This document shows positions 47,252 to 60,461 of a stretch of DNA of 64,000 nt, piece by piece. The position numbers and the translations under genes were made by a program. How positions within the stretch are numbered: position 1 is the first letter of the stretch; the number at the start of each line of letters is the position of its first letter. This DNA is from Coniocarpon cinnabarinum (Eukaryota), in contig JAVECO010000066.1 in NCBI GenBank assembly GCA_051942205.1, forward strand, positions 1 through 64,000. The letters run 5' to 3'. The notes beneath the pieces are model-generated. The model saw nothing but the letters and a program-made list of their open reading frames with translations, was not told where the DNA came from and made no database searches.

Positions 47252-48765
47252 TCACCTCCGCGACGAACCACCGCCAGACCCGCCCGAAAACATATTTCGA
47301 GCGCGCTCCAGCAGACCTCCCCCGCCGCCTCCGCTATTGTTTCCACGCTGCGACCCACCCCCCGAATTCGAGGGATAGCTGCCTGGCACCCTCGGCGGAT
47401 TCGCCCGCTGATCATGACTCGAATGGCGTCGCAAGCCACCATGATGCGAAGCACTATGCCGTCGTCTCCGGTTCGCAGAGGGGCTTTCGGGCACATAAAT
47501 CGGGTTCTGCAGCGTGCCCGACTGGCGGCGGGCAACACTCGCTGGATCCTCGTCATGCAGCGGTTCCTGGTCTGCGCGGCGAACGGCACCGGGTTCCCCC
47601 TCTTTGGGCATGATGCCTTTGCGACAGATGGGACAGGTATCGTGTTCCTTAAGCCAGGCCTCGATACACGCAGGCGTGAACCAATGATGGCATGGGAGTT
47701 CAGTGATGGGATCCCCGATCTTGACAACGTCCTGACAGATGCTGCATTCGCCCTCGTCTTCGCCGCCGAGTAATTGCTTCGTTGCGGGCTTTTTGCCGAG
47801 AGCTTGGATCGCGGCTTGAGAGGCGGGACCCGGTGCTTGGCCCGAGGCGTGCTGTTCCATCAGTTGTGAGATGATTTGGTCGAGGTTCTGGTCGCTGGCA
47901 AAGTCTCCGAGGTGCGTGCCGCGGGGGAAGCCCATGGTGCCGTTGAGGACATTGGATAGCAGTGCTGAGAAGGGGTCAGGGCCACGGCGTGAATCGCGAC
48001 CGCTGATGGTCTGGAAGAGTTGGGCAATGGACCTGCCAGAAGTCAGCTTGCTGTGTGCCTTTCATAAGACCATGTCCCAGGGTGCAGACGAACGGTGGTA
48101 ATTCATTCGGCCCGCCAAACTCTCCGTTAGGCAGTCCAAAGCCGCCGCTGGACGAGTATGAAAATGAGAATCCGCCATGAGGACCCATGTTTCCGAACAT
48201 GCGCACAGTCGACGGATCGCCGGGTCGAGGACTGCTGCCGTTGCGATTGCCTGGTGCGGAGCGTGAGCGTGAGTGGTCACTGCCACGCCGCGGCATATTT
48301 AGTGGCCGGTCGAACATGCTCTGCATTGGAGGAGGTGGTCCACCAATGCCGCTCATGCCACCCATATGCGGTGGCGGAAAAGGAGACATCATACCGGGCA
48401 TGAATGGAAAGGGCATCCGCTGCTGGCGGCGTGCTTCCATGTTGCGTCTTGTGCGTTCGTATTGACTGATGTCGTCTTCTTCTGGATCTGGCGCTGGCGC
48501 GCTTCCTCGGCCCCAGAGATTGTGATCATGTAATGTGTCTCTTGCGGATGTGGTTGGTGCGGCGCGAGGGTCATTGTTTGATTCTATCTGGGAGGTGGTT
48601 AGTAAGGTAGTACAAATATTGCGAGCGTTCACGCAAGCGGGGTAGACTTACCACCTCGACGAATTCGCTTTGACACGTCGGGCACTTCAATCCATGCTCG
48701 TCTTTAAACCATTCCTCCTCGCATTGATGGCAATAGACCATCTCTCTATTCGCGTTGGAGCTCAT
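47252..48765 (-). CDS. RING-H2 E3 ubiquitin ligase with an N-terminal zinc ribbon (RNF115/RNF126-like)
   Basis: VYCHQC...CPTCQSEFVEV, GDFASDQNLDQIISQLMEQ and CSICQD...LPCHHWFTPACIEAWLKEHDTCPICR. Confidence 0.9.
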
Positions 48766-49575
48766 TTTGAGAAACAATGGTGGGGCTGTCGTAGGTCTTG
48801 TAAGATGGCACCAATAGATTGCTACCGAGAGCTTTCACGTCAATCTGCTATGGTTGTGCCGACATCGGCATTATCAGGCGTTGAACGGTACAGTTTTATT
48901 CGTCAAGAACCAGCTTCTTCGAGGGACGCTGCTGTTCAAAAAGATGAGGTACAGCAAGGCTGTCCGAAGGGCTGTCCGAAAGGCGGTCGAATAAGGTGTT
49001 TTCCTGAGGCGGTATTGAGATAGTGTTGGAAAATGATTTGTGCAAGTACCAGGTGAGTCGCGAATCAGACGCCAACGGGGTGTTCTGTATGGCCAGATGT
49101 TGGAAAGGCAAGAAACCGAGGGTGACGTAGACGTCGAAAGTGGCCAAATACGGTTGAGGATGGAGAAGCTTGTTCCGAGACCAGGATCCGGAGTATAGCA
49201 GCTCGTATTCGCGGTGCTACGACTTACAGTGCTTGGACAGTCTGTTTCTCGTGATTGGGACTTAGTAGGTAGCAGGGTTCTCCCGTCATCTACCGAATTC
49301 CATTTGGGTAGTTTCTTTGACCAGGTCACACTAATCGAGCACTGAGACTTACACCGCCACATCACGCGCCACATCACATGTCGGCATTTGCATACAGTTT
49401 CAATGAAATGAAAATTATACGAAAGCAGGCACCTGATCATGATTTCAGCAGGCGAGTATCCTCGCCAAGGAATAGATGAGGGCTGGAGCCTCCGCGGACG
49501 TATGGTCATGATTCGTTCGCGCCATTGCACCTCCTAATTGCTAGGTGGGGACTCATTACGTGACTGAGGTTCAAT

Positions 49576-50250
49576 CTAGTTCCTCCGACTGCCCCTGACG
49601 AACATAGTCGTAGCGACGCCTGCGGCAATTGCCAGCCCACCGACCAAGGCGGCCCCGATCATGCCATCCCGCGCCACTTTGTCGTCGATCAAATCTCTTA
49701 AGCTCGCAGCTTGCAGGTTCTGTGGTTCATGGTCTAAGAGGAGGTCGTTGTACTTCCGTGCCTCTGCATAACTGCCCAGCTTATAATTTCCAAGTGCAAG
49801 ATAGTATAGACACTCTCGTCTTCGCTCGGGGAAGCTCCGATATATGTCGGTCAGCAGGCGGACTCCTTCCTGTTGTTCATTTCGAGTTGAGGATTTAATG
49901 AGGCCCTGTCACCTATGCGTTAGCCGGGCGCTGGTTCTTGAACTCTATATCGAAGATGAGCCTCTGGTCCAAACGTACCCACGCGTAGTTGAATTTTGTC
50001 TGCACGCCAGCGTACTCGCCCTCTTTCTGGTATTGATCACGGAGAACACTGAGTTCTTCTGCCTTAAGCGGACTGCACGGAGCCTGTTAGGACGGTCTCT
50101 TTGCGTGGATTTTGAATACGAATACCTTTCAGCGTCCGCAGCGTCTGGTAGAGACATGACAAATTAGCTAATGCTGATACGGCGCACAGAGTAAACAGTT
50201 GTACAAGTAGCTGAGACGTAGGGAGAGATCTTACAAGGAAGGGCACTCAT
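49576..50250 (-). CDS. FIS1: Mitochondrial fission protein Fis1 (4 exons, two micro-exons; absent from the ORF track)
   Basis: Spliced [48 protein letters not shown]...[17 protein letters not shown]...[10 protein letters not shown], followed by the tail anchor [22 protein letters not shown] and RGSRRN*. Confidence 0.95.
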
Positions 50251-50617
50251 ATGGAGATGTTCGTGGAAACAATGAGCGATCCTTTTTGAGTCGGAGGATA
50301 CCAATGGAATGACGCTCTGGTGCGACTCTTCAGGGTTGATGAGATTAACAACAGGTATCCTGCAATCTTCCTCGCTCCGTCCAAGTCCACGCAGCATTGT
50401 AGAAGCACGCGCCAGTAGGGTATGACGTCGCGCGGGAAGGCCCGAGGACCCTAGCAACCGCTTTGTTTACCTACTTTTCGGCCCCAAACCCTCACGACCC
50501 TCTGATTCATTATCTCGCACGCTGACACTGGACCAAGACACTGCGTTGACCAAAAAGCAAGAAGAGAATAGCCCGAAGTAATCAGCCTGAGCTCATAGCG
50601 CAGAACAACTATATACA

Positions 50618-51280
50618 ATGCTCCTCGACGAAGCTCCCAGCACCCTAATCCACGAATGCATCGGCAACTTCAACATCGCGCCTGACCGCGCGGTCCTCAC
50701 GCGCATCGGCGGCAGCCTCTCCGAGCTATCCTCACATCGCGACTCACAAAACGCAAACGCAGAAATAGACCTCAAGCGCTCGACCCGAAATCTACACTCG
50801 CTCCAGCAGAAACAAAACATCATCCTTTCTGCGCATGATCCCGTCAAGCACGCTGAATCTATCGCAAAGTATGACGATGAGCGCTTTCGGCTAGCAAAAG
50901 AGGCGAACACGCTGGAAAGCGAAGGAAGCAGATTAGAGTGTGAGATTGGAGGGCTGAGGAAGCAGTTGGAGAGTACAGATAAGAATGGCGAGGGAGCGTG
51001 GGTGGGCAGGGAGAATGAATTAGGAGATGTGTAAGTGCTAAGCCGGAGCCAACCCTCTCAGCCTGGAAACAAAGCGTGCCGGCTAACCAATTCGAATAGT
51101 CTTCGGCTGAAATTGTTTCGATCACTTGGTGTCGATGCCAGTGCAGACGGGAGCGGCAGGGTCACCAAGGCGCTGGTACGGAACTCACAAAATTCAGACG
51201 TCGCCGTCGTGCAAATAGATACAAAATCTTCGAATGCCGAGCATGTGGATCGAATCTGGGATGCGATACGACCAGAATAG
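50618..51280 (+). CDS. SPC24: Kinetochore NDC80 complex subunit Spc24
   Basis: MLLDEAPSTLIHECIGNFNIAPD, coiled coil with AKEANTLESEGSRLE, and V|LRLKLFRSLGV...IWD; intron 51031-51099. Confidence 0.88.
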
Positions 51281-51503
51281 ACCAGTAGAGGGTAATAGAG
51301 ACTCGGGTCGTACTATCACAGAAGCAAATACAAGCACGATGTGAGATCGTGTTATAGCCGGGGCAGGACGGATGATAGGGCGGAGGTGCTAGGCACTCCA
51401 TGCATATATCTCTACGAGCCATGAACACTATATCATGCAAGACATGAAAACAGCATGCAGATACGCTGCCATTGTCTCTCCACCTCTTGCCGCAGCTTAT
51501 CGT

Positions 51504-54500
51504 TCACCTCTTCGCGCTCTTCTTCTTAGTAGGCACAATCTTGAAAGCGGGGTCTTCCTTCGGCGCTGGAGCAGGACCCTTGCGCGCAACTTCACTCCAG
51601 CCGCTACCTCCGCTTTTCGCAGTGGCAGATGCTATGCTGGCGGTCGCTAGACCGTTGGCGTTGCTTGGCGGTTGCGGTTTGCCTTTGTCGGCGAGTGTTC
51701 GCCTCTTCACAAACTCCTCAGCAAAGTGACGGCTGTCAATGGTATTCGAGGCGCTATGCACAGTCTCAGTTATCAAGTCTTTGTCCGGCGGGAAATCGAG
51801 GAGCGTGTTGACGAGGTTCTGAGCTACGCAGAAAGTCAGCGCGACTAACATCAAGTTCAAGAAGCGGTTAGTACTCACGATCAACACCCTTACTAACATC
51901 GGCACGGAGCTCACCTACTGCCCATGTCTTGAAGTCATCGTACGCACTCAGTGTTGTAGCTGACGAGTTGGATCTCACTGGTGCGGCTGCGGGCTTCTTT
52001 GCAATACCAGATGTAGGCGTAGCGCTGGCAATGTTTCCCGTTGGAACGCGCTGCATGGGAGGAGGATTCGGCGTTGCGGGGGCTTTGACTTTTCCACTGG
52101 CACCGACTGTCGTCCACGCATTTCCAGCATTGGGGCCCGAGGGTGCAGCGACGCGACTGGCTAGATCCGCATATCGCTTTCCTGCAGAAGCCGCCTGGGC
52201 GGCATTAGATACGCCAGTAGCTGTGTTGCCGTGCACAGTGGTAGCTGCTGTGGCGGCCGCCTTCTGTCGCCTCGCTAAAGCCTCTTCTTCTTTTTGAATC
52301 TGCTGCAAGGTCTTCCTAGAGCCTCCTGGCGTCGCTACGGGCTTGGTATTTGACTTCGCCCAGGCAGATGGAGCCATGGAAGAAGGCGAAGTCACGGGTT
52401 CTCCGCTTGCCCAGTTTGAGGATGATGGCAGACCAGGAGCAGGGGCCGGTGCTTGATTGGCGAGCTCACGTTCGTATGCTGCACGACGTAGCGCTGCTTG
52501 CTCCTCATCACGCTTTGCAGCCCGACGTGCCTCTGCCTCTTGGATTTCTTTCAGGGAAGGCTGCTTGTGATTGTTTTCAGAGGACGCCTCCTTAGCCCAG
52601 GGCGCAATGACAGTACTCGGCATTTCTGCCGCAGGCGATGGTGGTTTGGATGATTCGGCCGCTAATGCATCCGCTACGCTTTGTCGACCATTGCGTCTTG
52701 CAGCAGGGGCTGGTAAAGGAGAGCTAGTTCCGGAGGTAGGATGCGACTCCGCTATAGGTCTATCAATTCTGTTAGCCCAGGGCGACTGTACTGTACTTGA
52801 TGGCGACTGCTTGGCTGACGCAGCCTTTTGCACCTGCTCAGTAAGCGTGAGCTTGTGCTCCTGAGGCTCAGGTTGTTCAATTGATTCTTGGTGGCGATAT
52901 GAGTCTGGAAGCCTGCTGAACCCTTTAGAATGCTGCTCCCCTTCGAGTTGTTCCTGTTGCAATTCCTGGAATTGTTGTAGACGCCGCTGATCACTAAACT
53001 CGTCTTCATGGTTCTGCATATCTTGTAGCGCTTCTGCTTGCTCACGCTGAAGTCTCGCGCGATCTTCAAGCATATGCGCAAAACGCTCGTCATCTTCATC
53101 CGCCCCGAGGGCCTGATGCTTTTGTAGACGCTGAGAACCATCAAAATGCTGGGGGCTATGTTGCGCATAGTCTGGAAGCGTCTGCATCTGCTCCGCGTCT
53201 TCAGGATTAGCAGTGACTCGTGGTTCGCCCGAGCTGATAGCACCTGCACCCTGAGCTCCGTAGTATCCAGAATCGAATGCACCCTGAGTACTATGAGCAC
53301 TGGGCGGTGCAGCAGCCGCGAAACCACTGGTCCCGGCCGTTATGCTGCCATAGCTAGGCTGACTCTGAAGACTCTGCGTACTGGCGTGATGCTGTAACGT
53401 TTGCGACTGGGACATTCCTGAGACTCCTGTACCGCCGGGGATTGATCTCTGTTTTGCGAGTATTTGCTGTTGGGCCAAATGCTCCTTCTGTCGAGCCATG
53501 AGGTACTGCTCCTCCTGCTTGCGCCGTTCGAGGGCATTTTGTTGCTCAGCGGTCAGCGTTGTACCAAAACTGGGAAAGCTGCTTGCAAAAGGCGGCTGAG
53601 CTGTAGGCGCTGCGGTGCTTGATGGCGTTACTGCTGCTGGTTGCGTCGGCCAGCTACCAGACGTACTTGGCGGACCCGGTATTCCAATTTGTGGTACCAG
53701 AAATGGCTCACGTGAGTTGCCAATGCGACGAATGAGCTGGGCTAATGGTTCATAATCGGGGTCTTCCACCTTTTTCACAAGCAACTCAGGCGAGAAAAAT
53801 CCTGCTCGATACCAGTCGTGCATCTCGAGTCCTGTCCATGGACCTTGAGTGTTGCCTTGGGGATCGCGATAGATCCAGCGAATGCGGTCAGGCATGACCA
53901 TCGTCTTCTGCTGCGCTGCTGGTGGCTGACCTGCAAGAGGCTCCTGATCAGAGCTGGCTCGACGTTGCAAATGATCCTGAGGACCCTGAACGTTCTTGTT
54001 GGCTGGTGCGTAATGAGACGGTAAATTGGCCGAGGTATCAGCAGTAGGATCTGTGAATCGTTCTTCTCTGCGCAAGCCCTCACCCATCTGACTCCCTAGA
54101 GAAGTCACTGGGTTTTCCGCTTCTCTGCGCAAATTGCTGATCGAAAACCCACTGGGCTCACTTGCTCTCGTTGAGAAGGGATCGTAGCCTCCTCGCGACC
54201 GCTCTGGGAACCCGGAATTGATCTGCTCGTGCATGCTAGAGGGAATCAGGGAGCCCAATCCGCTTGAGCCTAAGCCTTTCATACCGTCGTTGAGACTGTC
54301 AATCCCAGGTGACGCTAGGCCAAGGCCCGGAAAGGCTTGAGTGGGAAGACTTTCGGTTTGTCCATGACTTTCCGCAAAGCCCGGGAAGGTATGTTCGCGT
54401 CCGGGTGTTCCAGATCCATAAGAAGTCGGCCATGAGCCAGTAACACCCATCGTTGAGCGAGTTCCTAGGCCACCAAGCCCCGAGAAGCCCCGTTGTGTCG

Positions 54501-56562
54501 CAGAAGGTGGAGGTTGATTTCTGTCCAGAGCATGTCCCTCGAAGCTTGTGTGGCCATACGCTGGCGTGCCGGACGAGAAATTGCCCAGCCTCGAATCATT
54601 CTGTATGCCACCAAGGCCCGGCAGATGGAGACTGTTCATGTCAATGTCGTCACCCTCGTATTCGTGCAGCTTAGGCAAGTTCTGTTCCGGACTTTGATAC
54701 GGATTTGTGAACGCTGGACTTGACGGCTCTGCAGCATCTTCCTTAGAAGAGTGCATTCGGGGTCCAGAAAATTTCGCGAAAGGAGATGCAGTCTCTCCTT
54801 GGAACTGACCTGAAGCGCGGGGAGAGAGCGCATGGGAGTGCATCAACCCATCCTTTGAAGCCGGAAACTCTGCCGGTCCACCATCATCGTTTGCTCCGCC
54901 AAGTGCAGCACTGCCAACAGGTCGTGAGTGACTTTGTTCGTGAGGCGGGGAGTTGGAAGTTGACATGCGAGCACCACGTCCGCTATTCTCGTCCTCCTGC
55001 AACGTGCCTAGACCGAGGATGTGTTCGTTGCTTTCCCGACTCATCAAGTTCTTGAAGCGGCTCTCGCTCCGATTTGGACCACCAGGTCGCTTTGGGATTG
55101 ATCCGGACCCGTTGAGCGGTCCTAACGAGGCAAGTCCACCGGCAGACCATGAAGACTGTGGGCTACCGAGGCCCGCACTTAGAGGGCCTGAGGATATGCG
55201 TCGCGGGAGTCCAAACGGCCCGCCGCCTCCTTCTTCTTCTTCGCGCTCACGGCCGGCGTCACCACCAATGTAGTCACCCGCCTGGTCTTTTGATTCCGTC
55301 ATCCTTCGCGGCAGTGTGGCCGAAATGGACCCCGAAATGTCGTCTCTTTCGAATTTTGACGTTGACGGAGAGGTGATGCTTTCTCTGGACACAGGGAAGG
55401 TCTCGTTCGTGTCACGACGTCGACCAAGTGGGCGTGCGGCGAAAGGAGACGATGCGCTAGCGCCGCCATGGCCTTGAGTGAAAGACATCTTGCGCGCTCC
55501 AGAGATGTCACGGTGCTGGCCATCTCGTTGAATGCCTTGGTTCGGTGCCTTTATTTGCGAGTTGACGGAGGTGCTGAACATGTCTCGTTCCTCCGCTGTC
55601 ATGTCGTAGAGTCCAAGCGGACCTGCATGGGGGCTGCTCTCTAAGCAGACCTCTGGACCGATAGGTGCCTCGCTGGTGTCGTCCTGTACACAGAGCGATT
55701 AGTACTTCTCAATCCGCTTGTAATTGTGGCAATGGCATACGCGTCTGCCAAATTTGTGCCAGTCACCAACGAAAAGATCAGCCAGATCGAGCTCGAGCTC
55801 GCCATTTCTTTTCTGTGTGCGGAAAAGATGCAAAAGTTGCTCCTTCGAATATCTGGCATCTGAGCTGGATATGCCATTGCGACTTGCGCTGACGTGCGGA
55901 GGGACATATGTGCCAGGATTCGAGGTGGGACTAGTGATTGATTGGACGTTCTCCCTTTGAATGAGAGCAGCATGGTTTGTGCTATTGCTTGTTGCAAGCG
56001 AAGGGCGGCGAAAAGTTTGTGTAGCGCCATTTGGCCTTCGACCCCTGTAAAACAAATTGTTAGCGTTTGTCGTCTCAAAGCTCTGAACCATCGATGATTT
56101 TTGCTTTTGATCGTGGTAGTGCCTTTGAACATCTACAAACAGAGGTTTCGATCAAGCTGCATGCAAATACAGAGCGAGGGAGACTCAGATCTTCAGCAGA
56201 ATCTTCCGGATCAACAAGCTTGAAGAGTCTGTCACGATCGCCACCAGTATGTATGTTGAATCCGTTTGTGCTACTGTGTACAAGTGACACTTGACAAGAG
56301 CGAAATGTCAACGTTCCAGGATTTTCGAATCAAACCGGATGGATATTCTCTCGACGTAGCCACGCAGAATCTGGGAGCAGCTGCTCGGTCGCAGAACGCT
56401 CTTGCAGTGGCTCTTGCGCAATATTCTGAGAGGGGCTGACGGCGGGTTGTAGATATTGACTCACCAGTCACCGAAGCTGCCACTCTCAGAGCGACCACTC
56501 GTGCGTCGAGCAGAGGCATCGGCATTGTTGCCAGCAGCGGCAGACGCGAAAGTTGACGGCAT
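51504..56562 (-). CDS. SMY2: GYF-domain protein (Smy2/Syh1/GIGYF-like), 4 exons
   Basis: MPSTFASAAAG...GDW | (420-nt intron) GRRPNGATQTFRRPS...RYSKEQLL. GYF domain WIYRDPQGNTQGPWTGLEMHDWYRAGFF, then PSLKEIQEAE, FAEEFVKRR and GWSEVARK. Confidence 0.9.
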
Positions 56563-57588
56563 TGTTGGAATGGAGGTGGCACGCGAGAAGTGAGTGGGGG
56601 GTCAATGTGGGTGAACGGGGCTCGATTTGGAGTGTCTGGCAGAGGCGATGCGCGTGAAGCTGTCGAAGAAGAAGAAGAGTGGGAATGGTTTGGATCGAGT
56701 GCGCAATGCTCAGCGATTTGTAGACGAGCAATAGGACGCGAGAGGGCTCTTGAGAAGAGTAGTCAAGCTTGTACCAGCGCAGAGAGTTGCATGACCAGAG
56801 CTGCCCGGAGAAAACTACGCGCTAGTCCGAATTGAAAGATATCGTGACCGCCTCTCCCCTTCCTCTATGAAGCTGACCGGCGTCATCATCAACTTCATTG
56901 GGCTGTGACCGCGACGTCCATGCAACAATCGGAATACCTTTTCAGAGCTGCAACGTTCTCAAGAACCGCGCTAATGCACAGAGTCCCTTAAGCAGCTAGT
57001 AAAGGATCTCTCCATGGGAATCGGTCGCAACCGTTTTACATATCTAGATCTGCAAGGCGTGGGAGATCATGGAGATAAGGCCCGCCTACTGACATCTTGG
57101 GGTGAATACAAGACTTGCGTCTGACATCGTCTCCACTTCTTTGGGACTTCTAACCATGTGTTAAATCAACTTACCTGCAATGACCAGCGTGCCGGCGCCG
57201 GAATACTTGACTGTGCCGCAAGGGCCACGGACAAAAGTCGTTGCCTGATCTCAGCCTGTGCGACTAGCCGGTACGATAAGAACAATTCAGGTCACAAACC
57301 CATGAGTACGACGGCGATAGCCCTTTGTTAGTAATAAGACGCTGAATTGTAGTACGGCAAGTACTATCCTGCGGGGCTTTGTCGTATGCTTCTCGTCACA
57401 GTTGTTTGAAGCTCCGTTTGCCTAATTGGGTGGTCGTGTCAGCTGCTTTGTAGCGCGGCATCAGTAGGCTCGCGGCTCGACTCGCATAAGTACTACGCCA
57501 CGCTGCGATTAAGATTTCTTAATGCCTGTCGGAGAACCCAAGCGGACTGACGTATGATCGCATTCGAGACTGCCTGACCTCACTTAAA

Positions 57589-58625
57589 ATGCAGACCACC
57601 AAGCTCGCTGTTCTCCTCATCCACGGCGGATGGCACCAGCCGGTTACATATCAAAAGCTGACCGGATTTCTTGAATCCGCGGGCTTAGAGGTTCATATCC
57701 CTAGCTTGCCGTCAATGAACCAGAGCAAACCACCGAACGCTGGTCTGGAAGAGGACACCAAATTGGTGCGCGAAACTGCCGAGAAGCTGCTTGGCGAGGG
57801 CAAAGAGGTTATCGTGTTGATGCATTCATATGGCGGTCAAGTTGGTAGCAACGCACTTAAAGGACTTAGCGTTGAGATGAGGAAGCAAGAGGTCAGTTTT
57901 TGGACACTCGGGATAGTCTACCATTTGCACAAATTGGTTTGGAGAAGACAAAGAACGCACTCACCTCGTTGTCATACTAACAGGGCAATGGGCAGAATCT
58001 CAAAGGCGGCGTTCGTCACCTCATCTATATGTGCGCGGCCGCGATGCCAGAGCATACCTCCATGATGACTAAAGTCCGCAAGTTTGGGCATGAGGACCTC
58101 ATGCCGCAAGCGTTTGATTTTGCGGAAGACATGTCGGTACTCTCACGCTACCCAAAGCTTCTCATAGTTTCGCCTCCTGAAGGTAAGCCACTGAACTATC
58201 AAATCGGTCTTTGAGCTTCCTGGCACGGATACAGCTCACTTGGCAGCTCTGGTAAAAGTATCTAGTCTTGTCACCTCTGCGCAGCGTGTCCACCCGCCAG
58301 AAACTAACATAAATTGACGTCTGTGGATACAGGCAATGCTGAAATGGATCAAGAGGCCAACGACTATATCGCCACCTTCAAGCGCTGGAATGGAAACTGT
58401 ATGTACCAAGACATTCAGCATTGCGCTTGGCGCGAGATTCCTGTGACATACGTGGAAACCAGCAATGATATGACACTGCCTCTGGACTATCAAAAGAGCA
58501 TGGTCAAGAACATGGAAGAGGCGGGGCGAAGGGTGGATGTGGTGTTGCTGGAGACGGGACACTGTCCTAACTTAACCATGACTAAGGAGGTGGCGCAGAT
58601 CGTAGAGAATGTCGCCAAACATTGA
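57589..58625 (+). CDS. Alpha/beta-fold hydrolase (Abhydrolase_6 type), 3 exons
   Basis: LIHGGWH, nucleophile elbow MHSYGG, HLIYMCA, DMTLP and LETGHCP. Confidence 0.88.
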
Positions 58626-59344
58626 AGTGTGCACATCCTCGTTCGAACAAAGTCAAATGCTCTTCAGTCAATTCATAGGTCTTCACGGAGGACACTGATA
58701 TCACATAACTAGTCAGATGAAGCCAAATGTGCGTCATTGAGACTTCAAATCAGTATCCATGACCTATGGATCGGACAGAGAAGGTGCGTGATTCATACGA
58801 AAGTGATGAACAGAGATCTTCCTCCTGCAGGATCAGTCTAGGCGGTGAGCCTGTACAATAACGAAGACTCTGGTTAAAAGCATAGACACGATAGCGAAGA
58901 CCCCCTGCGCCTAACAAATTGTTAGATTAACATACGGCAAGTGCTCTTCTGCTTGGCCCCTGTCGTGAATGTATTTAAGACAGGCTCGCGCTGATTGCAT
59001 AATAAGAACTTTGTGGGTTTAGTAAAGTGACCAGAAGACATTGCAGCGCTCACCCTTTGTGTCACATGCATGACCCCATACTCAGTATCTGTGCATTCGA
59101 ACAATTGGATCTGGCGTTGTAGCAGGAGCTACTAATGGACAGAGATTATACTAAGATGTAGCGCGCCTATGCGAAGACTGTGGCCTATGTTTCCTGAATG
59201 GTGCTTCAATTGTAAGGAGTGTCGGTGCATTGGGCAATGAGAACAATCAAGTAATCCAGGGGTACTGCACCTCAGCCCAGAAGTGATAGGGCTGTTTGCG
59301 TAACGTCGCCTTTTGTTTGTGAGATCGTCTAAGACATTACAATA

Positions 59345-60020
59345 CATTTTGGGCGCTGGGCGCTAAATGTTCGGAAGTCATGAGGCATGAAGAGAGGACG
59401 GTTCAGGAATATGTTCGATGAAGAGTCAAGAGTCAGTGACGCTGGCCAGGATGGAAGCCATGCAGGCGATGTTGAAGGCAATGCTTTCTTAAGTTGCGTT
59501 TTGCGCTTAATGAAATTGCAAATATGCGTTTTGAACAACATGATATGGAGATGGCCACGAAGGAATATGTTCATACTGTGTTTGCAGCTAATGGATCGCG
59601 TGCGCAATGGGCAGAGCAAAACAAAATAGTAAAGAAATGTTGCAACAACAACAAAATGATCGTCAACGTTAGCGTTTGGCAGTCGGATGCATTACAGTTG
59701 GAATTTAGAAGGATGAAACAGTCTGTCCTCTGCCACTTTTAGGTGAGTCTTGTCGCGGTTCCAGACAGTCTGCAACTTACAATGTCGGGATAAAACGCAG
59801 GATTTCTTAATGAAAACATACAAGGGTGCAAGACACCGCACGCTCCTTCTCCGATAGGGAGCCTCAGCCAGCAGATGAGAGCAATAGTGTCGGTGTTCCT
59901 GAGCTAAGCACGACAAGAGGGATAGGTCACGCATCTGCCAAAGCTGCGAAGATATTTGTCAACACTGCAGCAATTTTTTGAATTCTCCAGAGGAACTTAT
60001 TGAAGATAGATTCTATTGAG
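59345..60020 (+). pseudogene. Possible decayed intron-containing gene of unknown family
   Basis: One reading frame continues across an intact-looking intron (gtgagt 59743 to gcag 59800) but is broken by several TGA/TAG codons. Confidence 0.3.
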
Positions 60021-60461
60021 CTTTTTATTAAGCTCTATCACTGCTGAGGAGATCGACGTTGTCAACTTTCAAACACCAACGTGATCGTGAGTCTCTCGCG
60101 CTTGAGTCTTGATGACTTGCTATTTTTGTCCTGACCAGCCGGTTTGCCGTATGTTGAAGCACAGATCCTACGAATGAACAAACACTCACTGCCTTCCAAT
60201 TTGCGCGAGTAACAAATCTTATTGATGGCTTGCATGAACAATTCGTCGAGGTCGATAGGTATTCTGACATCCTCACTAGCCTTGGCACGTGGGAATTTCC
60301 TTAAGAAGCAGTTTCCGAGATACGATCGGGCCGGATTAGACAGCTCCGATAGTTAGTGACGAGGCTTTTCTCCAGAATAATAAAATCTTTTGGATACGAC
60401 CTACAGTGTCGACGTATTCATTCTGGCGTGTGCGGAATGGATCACAACATACTAAACCAAC

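Noticed and set aside
48874..49530. 218-aa minus-strand ORF
   Set aside because: Non-ATG start, no recognisable motif, and it lies in the FIS1 3' / RING promoter region.
55699..55740. Apparent premature stop in the GYF gene
   Set aside because: It falls inside a canonical intron (gtatgc...tactaat...cag), so the spliced frame is intact.
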